A stretch of DNA of 64,000 nt from Chiloscyllium plagiosum (taxonomy: Eukaryota), in contig NC_057752.1 in the NCBI RefSeq assembly GCF_004010195.1, forward strand, positions 2,189,750-2,253,749. The letters are read 5' to 3'. Positions within the stretch are counted from its first letter, which is position 1, and each line of letters begins with the position of its first letter. Positions 51,230 through 62,425 of the stretch are shown here, one piece after another. The position numbers and the translations under genes are program-made. The notes beneath the pieces were generated by a model. The model was not told the origin of the DNA, ran no database searches, and saw nothing but the letters and a program-made list of their open reading frames with translations.

Positions 51230-52804
51230 TAGTTATGTTTAGTTATATTCTCATCTAGCAGTATAAATGTGTTTAATTCAACATAATATATTTAAGGTAC
51301 AATGAACTGTTGTGCCAATCTTGTCAAGGTGTGTTATGAGCAAGGAAGTTTAGTCTCATAAATAAGCCTAAAATTGAACAGCAAATTATGTCAATGAGAT
51401 GCCTCCGTAATGGTTTTACAGGTGACTTCAGGGCTTAATCTGGTAAATAAATTGGTTTAAGAGATGGAGGGTTTTGGTCAATAGTTTAGTAGCGAATCTG
51501 AAGAAGACTTAAATCTTCATTCCATTCAGATTCCCTTCACCTAAGAAAGCTTGAACCATTCCCTTTTTTGGCAAATATATTATTTGTTAATTTTAAGTTC
51601 AGAGGTTAACAGGCAGTGTCAAATGATCTCTTAAAAGATAAAATTTGTACTAACAAAATCCCAGTGTATTTAAAAATGGAAATATTGATAGTGAATGTAA
51701 GATGTTGGAGATGCAGTGCTTTTATTTCTAATTCATTTTGCAGAAATTAGAGCCAAATATTGTCCTTTATTCATATCTGCATTGATTTGTAGCTCTTTTT
51801 CTGTATACAGAAAAATTGAGGCCCAGATTTTAAGGGTACCCTGTCCATTAGCCATCTTTCAATCATTTAAACATTCAAATGTTAACATATGGTAAAGCTT
51901 GTTTTGTGATGTTGTCATAACTTGGAATTTTATGTTCTGCCACCAGAGAAATACCTGTGATTTACTTTCATTGTTTGAAGCATTTGTCTGTGCAAATCTG
52001 TTGCCTGTGCTGGGTTGTTCTATTATAGCACTATTATGCAAACCTGTTCCAAAATAATTAAGTTGCCATTTCAAATTTGGGTGTTTTGTTGAACGAGGAA
52101 GGCATTGACTTCAGGAAGTTATGTATGTGTAACAATGTTCTCCTGTGATTCAAATGGCAGTTTGACATATGACAGGACAATATGGTCTCCTTAATGTTAT
52201 ACTGGGCATCCTTAATGCAGTGCTTCCTTTTAATCTGCCACAGGCTTTCCTTTATTAGCTGCTATATTGAAGTGTTGACATTTCTTTTTGCTGTGGGATA
52301 ATTGAAAAGTATATTTTTGTCATGCTACTACACTCAAGCTTCAAAGTTGCCAATGCTGTTGTAGTAATTTTCAGTATGTCCTTAGAAATGGGTGCCATAC
52401 ATTGCACAGTGCAACTACAAGCCAAGCATAATACACAAGGCATGTCATATTTTTATTTTCTAATAACCTGTTCAGAGCCATTATGACACACTTCCAGAGC
52501 AGATGGGACTTGAAGCCGGGACTCCTGGTTCAGCGGTAGGGGCACTACCACTGTGCCACAAGAACCTCAATGTATGTTATTCTCTTATAGCATAGTTTGG
52601 GGTAGAAATTTGCCTCGAGTGAGCAGGCAAAATAGATTATTAGTATTGAATTATCTGGCCATTCTATGCCATCCCAAATGAATTCCATTCATTTGAATCT
52701 ATCAAGTCAGGTATATAGTCCAGACAACACTCATGTTTAGTTGGCCATTCAGTCCTTTGAGCCTCCTCTCCTGTGGCTAATCCTCTTTCTCAATGCCATG
52801 GGGG

Positions 52805-53003
52805 TGTCGATTAGCTCAGTTGGTTGGATGGCTGGTTTGTGATGTAGAGTGACCCATCAGTATAGGTTCAATTCACACACTGGCTGAGGTCACCAAGAAG
52901 GTCCCACCTTCCCAACGTTACCCCTCACCTGAGGTGTCACCACCAGTCATCTCTCTAATAAGAGAATAGCCCTGTGGTCCTCTGGGACAACAGTGACTTT
53001 ACC
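52805..53003 (+). mobile_element. tRNA-derived SINE (second copy about 63735-63955)
   Basis: A-box ttagctcagttgg and B-box-like ggttcaattc. Body gaggtcacc...ccagtcatctctctaat..gaga...gccctgtggtc is shared with 63740-63955. Confidence 0.7.
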
Positions 53004-53579
53004 TTATCCCAATGCCTGCTTTCTCCCCATACCCCTTCATGTCTTTAAAACTAAAAATGTATCGATCTCTTTCTTGAATATGTTCAGTGACTTGGCATCC
53101 ACAGCCTTCTGTGTTTCAATAGGGTGACCACCTTCTGAGTAAAGAATTCTTTTCTCATCTCAGTCCTAGATGGTCTACCCCTATCCCGAGATTGTGACCC
53201 TTGGTTCTAGACTCTGTCACCAGGGGAAATAAAATAATAAAGAATAAAATTGATAATAATAAATTAATAGTCCATTTGAAAGGAATAGTTTAATGCCTCC
53301 ATTAAAATAGTGGCTAAAGTAATGCACACAACATAATCTCTGGACGATGATGTTTAATTTCAATAAAACATCATTGGGGTAGAAAGTTGTCACCGACAGT
53401 GATGTAGAACGAGCAGTATTGAATCAGCTGCCTGATATTAACTCAATTGCAGCCAATGGGCCCAGATGAATTCCTACCCTAGAGTTTATCTCTGTAATGA
53501 GTCTAAAAATCCATGTCACTTTTAGCCAAAATTTTAATACACATGTATTAAGAGGTTGAAAGTCTATTTTAGCAGATAG

Positions 53580-54262
53580 ACCATAAGACCATCAGATATA
53601 GGAGCAGAATTAGGCTATTCAGCCCATCGAGTCTGCTCTACCATTCATTCATGACTGATGTGTCTCTGAACCCTATTCTCCTGCCTCCTCCCCATAACCC
53701 TTAATCCCCTTACCAATCAAGAACCTATCTATCTCTGTCTTAAATACACTCAATGACTTGGCTTTCACAGCCCCCTGTGACAAAGTGTTCCACAGATTCA
53801 CCTCCCTCTAGCTGAAGAAATTCCTCCTCATCACAGTTCTAAAGGGTTGTCCCTTCATTCTGAGGCTGTTCCTCATGTGATAAGCCCTTCATCACCAGGA
53901 TCATTCTTGTGAACCTCCTTTGGACCCCTTCCAAGGCCTGTGCGTCCTTCCTTAGATTCGGGGCCCAAAACTGCTTACAATATTCCAAACGTGGTCTTAC
54001 CAGAGCCTAATACAGCCTCAGCAGTACAGCCTTGCTCTTGTATCCTAGCCCTCTTGAAATGAATGCTAACATTGCATTTGCCTTCTGAACTGCCAACTGA
54101 ATGTGTATGTTAATCTTAAGAAAGTCCTGAACTAGGACTCCCAGGTCGCTTTTGTGCTTCAGGTTTCTGAAGCCTTTCCCCATTTAGAAAATAGTCTATT
54201 CCTGTATTCTGCCTACCAAAGTGCATAACCTGTCACTTTCCTTCATTGTAATCCATCTGCCA
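53580..54262 (-). mobile_element. CR1 LINE 3' fragment
   Basis: Reverse-complement CR1 tail (ggagcagaattaggctattcagcccatcgagtctgct...) and ORF2 remnants (ggggcccaaaactgc..acaatattccaa). Confidence 0.8.
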
Positions 54263-54385
54263 TTAGCAATAGTTAGTACATTCATCCATAATTTTTAGGA
54301 AAAGCATTTACTTTAAAGAAATAAAGGAACTTAGCAGATTTATCAATGCATTACAAATGCCAGTAACAATTTGTATTCATTGAGC

Positions 54386-54670
54386 TCTGCTCTTTTTTAA
54401 AATATATTTTTATTTAAAATAGATTTTTAAATTTTACAACAAATACAAAATAATACAATTCAAAACAATGCAAAGAAAGAACACCAAAAAAAATTTTAAA
54501 AACCCAAACCACCCTCATGTACAAGTGTATAAATCTGTATATTAAAAAATGTATAATAAAAACCCAACTACTCAACTAAATAAATAATAACCAACAACAA
54601 ACTAATAAATAATAATAATACAGCTCAGCCAGATAAAACACTAACTCTCAAATATCAAGAGCATTAATTT
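54386..54670 (-). mobile_element. Probable L1/Tx1-type 3' UTR fragment with 10-bp TSD
   Basis: T-rich left end, AC-rich plus strand, and direct repeat TTCATTGAGC at 54376-54385 and 54671-54680. Confidence 0.5.
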
Positions 54671-57584
54671 TTCATTGAGCCCTTTAATGTAATATAATTG
54701 CTCAAGGTGTTTCACCAAGAAATTTTGAAACAAAGTCCTATAGAGCTTCAACCTGATGGAGAATAGCACATAGTGTACAAAATGATGAAATGTTATACAA
54801 TGCATATGTTATTGGAGATTAATATACACACTATCCTCATTCTAAAATGAACGAATTTCAAAAGAGGCTGTCCCACTTGTTCACGAGAAGGAAGGAAAAG
54901 TTAGAAAATGTTTTGCAGCACATTGATGCTTTAAATGACTTCTTGAAATTTAACTATTTATTGGTTTTCTTTACATTCATTTTTGGGATATAGATGTTGT
55001 TGGCTAATTTCCCTTGAGAAGATGGTGGTGAACTGCCTCTTTGAACTGCTGCAGTCCATGTGCTGCAGTGAGACCCACAATGTCATTAGGGAGGGAATTC
55101 CAGGAGTTTGACCCAGTGACATGAAGAAACAGCAATATATTTCCAAGTCAGGCTGGTCACTGGCTTGGAGGGGAACTTGCAGGTGATGGTGTTCTCATGC
55201 ATCTGCTGTCTTATTGGTCATTCCTAGTTCATAAAGCACCAAGTTTATTGTCAATTTTGCTTTTCCAAGAGACTGAACCACTGAATGTTATTCTTTGAAG
55301 AAAGTTTGCAATTTAATTCTTGCAGTCCCCTCTCCCTCATTTTGTTCAACATCATTAGTTTCTCTTCGCTTGTGTAACCCCCTCACCCAAGTAGACTGTC
55401 CCAGGATCTGAGGTATCTTCATGTACACCACCAATGTCAAGCTAAACCCACTTGACAGATATAGGTGCTGGAGTCTGCTTTCTTATGCTCAAGTAGCAGG
55501 GCTAAGACTGTCAAATGGAACATGGGCAGGAATGCAGAAGGAATTGCATTGTACAAGTCACCATTTATACCCACCATGTACCCCTTTGTTTCTGGAGAGA
55601 GTCAATATGTCATTGATAATCCAAACTCGAAACTTGAATTTCAGTCTAAGTATGTGTGTGTCAGTTATTCTAAAGCAACAATATAAAACTTTACATAATG
55701 AAGGTTAATAATGACTTTGTGTTTTAGCCCAAAGATGCTTCCAATGATTGTTTTCAAACTTGTTAGTATAATATGAATGTGGAATAGTCTGATGGCATAA
55801 TGGTGGCAAATGATCTCTATTAGTATTTTGCCTGTGGATTTAAATTTCCATGTTGGTTGCATTGATTAGATAAACACATAATAATTAACATGTTACATAC
55901 AGATCTCATTAACTTCCTTTTCAGAGTCTTGGACGATCAGCATCTTTACTTTTCCTTTTGGCTTCGGGTACAATAACCATTGTAAACAGGTGGACGTGAG
56001 CATGCTTAGTATTCCATCTTGTCTGAAGGTGAACTAACAGAGTTGATAACCTGTAGATCAATTTATTGTCTCCTTTCCTTGTAGAATGGATTTCTCCCTC
56101 TTATTATGTTAAGAGTGAACACTGACAACATTGTAAACATGTCTTTAAATTTATAGCCTTTTGGAAGATTTTGAATTGTTTCAGTCTACTGTGTGTCTTC
56201 TGTAAAAGTTCGAAGAATGAATTGATTTTAAGATGTTTTCCATTTGTGCAGAACAATTCCTGTTCACCCCTCTGACTACTGAAGACAGATTTGGGTCTGC
56301 TATATTGCTTATGGTAGCTAACTTCCTCAGCATATTCCTGCTGTGATTTCTGGGGACAAGTGTAACATCCAGTACCAATTATCTCTGTTAAATTACTATT
56401 GTTTGTTTAGTGATTTATGTCAATTATAAGCTCAGCTAAAATGTTGAGTCAGAAGTCATAATGGACAAACCAAATGTTTGTATTTGTTATTTAGTGGACG
56501 GCTTATCTCTATTATATTGTCTTCAGTGCTCAGAGTGTGTAAAAAGAAAGCAAGTTGAAATGCTGGCAAAATAGATTTTGGCTCCTTCATTTGTTTCCTT
56601 ATGGCCAAGTATCTTTTGAGTGCGAAAGACTACACTCACAATGATTACTAGAATAAATATTAGGTATTAAAACACATGGATCAGGGAGATGCTAGTACAT
56701 TTATTCTACACATGCATCAAACCCACGTCATATATAATCTCTGACCTTTCCATCATGGTGAAAGAGCTACATTACTGTATCAGTGCAACATCGACCCAGT
56801 TGCAGATGCCATTAATTTAGTTATTCAAAATAAGATCCAATCTAAGCATCAATATCAAGCCATGCTGAATGGACATCCTTTAGAATTTAAATTTTAAGCC
56901 ATTTGGAGATAGAGTGGGGAATTCTGTCTTCCCTAGGAGGTACTAAGGAAAACAGATTTCACTTATTTGACATATTAATACTAATGTGTGTCAAACCTAG
57001 CCCCTTAGACTCTGTGATTTCCTCCCCCACCGCCCCACGTCTCTGCTGCCCTCAGCCTTGCAGCTGTGTAGTGCACCTATACAAACATTGAATAGAGAAC
57101 TGAACAAGATCTTCTTCAGTGTCCAATTTTTAAAGTTCTCACTTTAGCAACGACTCAAACTTTCGAGCATGTTTTGCTTGAAGGCCTGGTACTGTCTTCA
57201 AATTGTTCCTTGCCCGTGAGTCTTTTCAAACCTGATTTAACAACAAGTAACATTTCAGAAACTTCCCGAAGAGACTGAGCTAGAGTGCAGCTTCCAATTG
57301 AAATTTCCTGGGAATCCCTCTTAATTTTGTGCATTTGAATTTGAGTACAAAATGTTAAACTGAACGTGACTGGGCTTAACACATTACAGAATGTCAGTTT
57401 GACTATCATTAGGATCAGTTTGTTTGCAGATGGAACCCTGTGTCCCTCTGCCACCCACATCCTCCCCCCCGCCCTCCACCTCTGATCCCATGATCCCTTT
57501 CCAATGCAGTGCCTCTGTATATAAAGGATATATCAGAGGTTAGTTTGATATGCAGCACAGATTTACCTGTATTCTTTTTTGTAG

Positions 57585-57666
57585 GTACCTTTTATTTGTG
57601 TCGCTTAATTTTCTGGGCTTTTTCTCCCCTCACTTCGATCGGATCTTCACAAAGTAAAGGGCAAGG
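57585..57666 (+). other. SCN8A: Poison exon homologous to SCN8A exon 18N (82 nt, in-frame TAA at 57606-57608)
   Basis: Acceptor attcttttttgtag|GTACC and donor GTAAAGGGCAAGG|gtaagg. Phase-0 reading VPFICVA*. Lies 292 nt upstream of 18A. Its start and end resemble both exon 18A and mammalian 18N as I recall it (GTACC...GTAAAGGGCGAGG). Confidence 0.88.
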
Positions 57667-57958
57667 GTAAGGTTCTTATCGTCCATTGGGCGTTTTCCTC
57701 CAACAGGTCCCCTTTAGTTGTCTGTGTGTCTGTGACCCTTCTTTTCACTTTTCTTCCTTTTGTTCTGTCTTATGCCTCTTCTCAACTACGCATTTCCTTC
57801 TAGGTCACTAGGAATTACTTCAGGCAAGGGAAGTAGGGAGCTGGCCTCAGTTCATCGCATCGAGCTTGAGGCAATCTCACAATTAGTCCATTTTGTTTCA
57901 TCAGCAATAGGGCCTTTGCTAACAGTATTGGGAACTTTGCTTTTCTGTTTCTGTATAG

Positions 57959-58099
<141 letters not shown>

Positions 58100-58107
58100 T
58101 GACCTTC

Positions 58108-58137
58108 TGCATGCATATGAGAACAAGTTTAAGCATG
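58108..58137 (+). promoter_or_regulatory. RBFOX intronic splicing enhancer motifs downstream of exon 18A
   Basis: TGCATG at 58108-58113 (+27 from the exon end) and GCATG at 58133-58137. Mammalian 18A inclusion is known to depend on an RBFOX site just downstream of the exon. Confidence 0.8.
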
Positions 58138-61100
58138 CTAGAATTGATCAATAAACTCTGGGGAGGGGTAAATTAACCATGACACAGCTGCTGAACTTAT
58201 CCCCTCTCCCTGTTATTCCCCCACCTGCACCCTCTCCTGAAAGGGAGATACATTAGGCTGCCTCATCACATTTAGACTGGCCCAAACTACATGCCATCGT
58301 AGAACATACATCAGCCGTTCTCATTTGGCCTGGCTTTCCTTTAGTGTTTAAAAGGGTTTTTCTGCTGTAACCTAAATGGAGAATCACCAGGTGCAAAGAA
58401 GTACACATGGAGCATATGCACAAATATGGATCAGGCCAATGTGCGTGATTGGAAATTGATCCACAAAGTGACAAACTTGATTAAATTCATTGATGGGAAA
58501 CTGTGATCATTGTATCCAAATCTGAGGTGCAATCGACTGTTTTTGACGTCTGAATGTATGTGTGATCAGAACGGCATGTTTCTCAGCTTGTTAAATATAT
58601 GCACAACCATGGTGTTCATCTTGTTGTACCTGGTTGTTCTCAATCCAGTCCACTGGAGACTGGTGGCCTTGTCTGACAGCTTTTCCTTCCACTCCCTCCC
58701 TTCTTTATACCATGCTCTATGGTACTCCTGTTGTGTCACTTTAAATGAATCTGAACACAATCAAGCATTGCACTGACTGAGTTTGATGCCATCATAACAT
58801 TTGAAAGATTTGACATCAGATAATGTGGGATGAAACTCACTGCTGTTGATTGCATGGAATCCGTATTGAGTAATCAACCAGATATTTTGAAGGTGCGTGT
58901 AAATTACAATGTACCAGTACCTTTGTTTTGAATGAGCATGTACACAGCACAGGCCATCCAATGCTAATTAAACAGACAACGTTTGGAGAAACAGCATTTT
59001 TTTTTCCCAGCTTTGCATTCAATGGCTTGCAAGCATCCCTAGTTTGGATGTATAGTATGGTCAAAAGGAACTGTATGACCAATCAATCCAGTTTAAACCC
59101 CAAACCTAGGACAGGCAAAACTGCTGTGGAAGGTGACTTATAGAAGAGCAAAATGAAGGAATGTGTTCCAAAGATGTACTTGACCTCTAATCACCCCACA
59201 CTCATAGAGTAAGGTACAGATTGACAAATTCAGTCCATCCCTTATTTTATGCTTTATGTCCACACATTTTAAACACACTTTTATACTTGCCCTGTTTTTG
59301 AAAATTGCCTGCTGCAAAGCCAAGGTGAGTACACTGTAGAGAATAAAGGCTCGACTTTCACTCCCGAGATGACAATCAGGTGAGTGCTGAAGTAGGCTGC
59401 TTTGAAGGCCTGCCTCAGTTCCCTGGGAATAGCTTCCATTTCTTGTAAAAGATCATAACCCCTCCAGCCCTCATATCTCTAACCCTGTGTCCACTCCCTA
59501 TGGCCTCTCTATACCAACACATGCCACTCACCCAGCGCCCTCGGTGACAGAGCTCAGTAGCCAACTGGAGATGGGAAAAAACAAGCTTATAACAACTTAT
59601 TGGATCTCTCACTCATGCATTCTTTAATGCAAATATCGTCCATTTGTGAAAGCCATTCAAAGGTTTTAATTCCCCTCATTGTCCAACCTATATTAAAAAC
59701 CAAGTTCTATTTGGTAACCAGATAAAAATCAGCCAATGCTTTAATAATCTCTTTAAACTGTCAATCAAAATGCAAACCCTGCTGTCCCAGTTGATAGAAA
59801 TGTTCTTTTAATTTTTCAAACTCAGCCAAGATTTCAGAATCATGTCAGCTATAGTAACAACCCTTGGGAAATCCCAACCAACAACTCCGTTGATACTGCA
59901 GGAACAAGTGGTAATCGTTTTGTTTTTCTTTCTTTATTATTATCTGGGATGTGGGCATCACTGGAAGGGCTGGCTTTTGTTGCCAATTCTCAATGGCCCC
60001 TTTAACAGAATGGCTTGCTAGAGTCATTTCAGAGGGCAGTTAAGAGTCAAACACATTGCTGTGGGTCTGGAGTCACGTATAGGCCAGACTGGGGAACATT
60101 GGCAGATTTCCTTTCATAAAGATAATTAGTGAAGCAGACAATTACAACAACTTACAACGGTTACATAGTCAACGTTGGGTTAGCTTTCAGCTCAGGATTT
60201 TATTGAATTCAAATGTCACCATCTGCCACTGCCTCCCCCTTGCTAATAGACACCTGATTGCCTATGAATTAAAGCAGTCTCACAGAATCACAGAATTGTC
60301 ACAATGCAGAAGGAGGCCATTCAGTCCATTGTGCCTGTTCCTGTTCTATCCCCTAGTGCCAATCTCCTGCCTTTTCCCCATATCTCTGCACACCATTTCT
60401 ATCCAAATAATCAGTCCAGCAAAGGATTTCCTTTTAATGCTAACTAACAGATTCAGCCTTTTTTTTTCCTTGTAAAGTGCTGGGTTGGATAAGCGGTCAA
60501 ATCATGACACTTAAACAGATCTCATCTGTCTTTCACGAGCGTTTATGTCTACACCATCTTGCAGTCTCACACTGTGGGTTAAGGCTTTTGGAACAATAGA
60601 AATGGGGTCTGATTGATTGATTGAAGCACTGATTTCAAATGGCCGTGCTGTGTTTGGGTTTTCTGCCTATGTGATTCACACGAGTTTGAAGGGGTGAGGG
60701 CACCTCATTGGGCAGGAGGATACCAAGTGAGAATCCTGCTGCCATCCTGCCTCTGCACCAATTAAGTCCAAGGTGGGAAGGCTTGTGGATGGCCTTCCTC
60801 GATGCCAGTTGAGGCCCTTTACCCCAGCACTGCAGATATTGACCCAGCATTGGCAAGGGAGTTTGAAACACAGAAAAAGGAACAGGAGTAGGCCATTCAG
60901 CCCTTTGAACCTGTTACACCATTCAATATGATCCTAGCTGATTATCCAATTCAGTCTCCTGTTTCTGCTTTCTCCCCATACCCTTTAGCCCCAGGAACTA
61001 TATCTAACTCCTTCTTGAAAACATTCAATGTTTTGGCCTCAGCCACTTTCTGTGGTCGTGAATTCCACAGGTGGCCCCCCCTCACTCTCTTGGTGAAGGC

Positions 61101-61699
61101 ATTTCTTCTCAACTTGGTCATCTAACTCCTTCTTGAAAATTTGCTCTTCGGGAATTATAATGAACCTTGTCAGGGTGCCTGGAGGGACTCTGCAGGGGTC
61201 AGAGATCAGGAAGGAGGCAAGTGGTCAAGGGAATGGGCATTGAGAAGAGGTTTCCCACTGAGAGCCATCTCCTCTATCCGAGCTCCCAACATAACACCTC
61301 ACCTCAGGACCACTTCTCAGTGAAACAGCCTCTCCACTTTGAAAGACTGTACCACACAGGCTGTACTTTATGGCAAGCTTCCTTCAAACGATCATCCGAA
61401 TAATTCAATTAATGGGAGATGGCGATGGGAATGTCAATGGATTAGTAATCCAGAAGCCCAAAAATGTTCTGGGGATGTGGGTTCAAATTACAGCCACTGA
61501 TGGAATTTAAATTCAATGAATATATCTGGAATTTGAAAGCTAGTCTCACTGATGGTGATCATGAAACGATCATTGAGTGTCATAGAAATCTATCCAGTTC
61601 ACTAAAGTCCTTCAGGGAAGGAAATCTGTCGTTCTTACCTCGTCTGGTCTACTGCAGGTAGATGGCATGATTTCACAGCTCAAACACTTGAAGACTGAT

Positions 61700-62031
61700 G
61701 TCATAGAATCATAGGATCTCTACACTGCCAATAGTACCCATTCGGCCCATCGAGTCTTCACTTAACCTCCAAAGAGCATCCCATCCAGACTCAGCCCCCT
61801 GCTCATCCCTGTAACCCCACACTTACCGAGCCTGCATGTCCCTGGACACTATGAGCAATTTAGCATGGCCAATCCACCTAACCTGCACATTTTTGGTCTG
61901 TGGGAGGAAACACACACAGACACGGGGAGAATGTGCAAACTACACCCAAACAGTCACCCAAGGCTGAAATTAAACTCCAGTACCTGATGCTGTGAGGTAG
62001 CAGTGCTAATCACTGAATCACTGTGCCACCC
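61700..62031 (-). mobile_element. HE1-type V-SINE
   Basis: Minus strand GGGTGGCACAGTGATTCAGTGATTAGCACTGCTACCTCACAGC...GTTTGCACATTCTCCCCGTGTCTG...GTGCAGGTTAGGTGGATTGGCCATGCTAAATTG: tRNA head, V-domain and CR1-like tail. Confidence 0.8.
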
Positions 62032-62147
62032 CAATGTCTGGAAGTTCGTTGCATGAAAAGCAGTCACTCAAAGAACAAAGAAAATTTACAGCCCAGGAAA
62101 AGGCCCTTCAGCCGTCCAACCCTGAGCTGATCCAAATCTACTGTCTA

Positions 62148-62425
62148 GATTAGAGTGGTGCTGGAAAAGCACAGTAGGTCAGACAGCATCCGAGGAGCAG
62201 GAAAATTGATGTTTCGGGCAAAAGCCCTTCATCAGGAATAGAGGCAGGGTGCCTGCGGTGGAGAGAGAAATGAGAGGGGCGTGGAGGTGGGGAGAAAGTA
62301 GCATAGAGTACAATAGGTGAATGTGTGTGGGGATGGAGGTGATAGGTCAGGGAGGAGGGTGGGGAAAGGTAGAAAAGAGTACAATGGATGAATGGGAAGG
62401 AATATAGGCAGGTAGGACAGGTCAC
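62148..62425 (-). mobile_element. PLE terminal repeat with hammerhead-like core
   Basis: Minus strand TTCCTGATGAAGGGCTTTTGCCCGAAACATCAATTTTCCTGCTCCTCGGATGCTG; same family as 14494, 21826 and 40325. Confidence 0.8.

Noticed and set aside
52805..52880. tRNA-like A and B boxes (also about 29190-29250, 61960-62031, 63740-63815)
   Set aside because: They are heads of tRNA-derived SINEs, continue into SINE bodies and show no complete cloverleaf.
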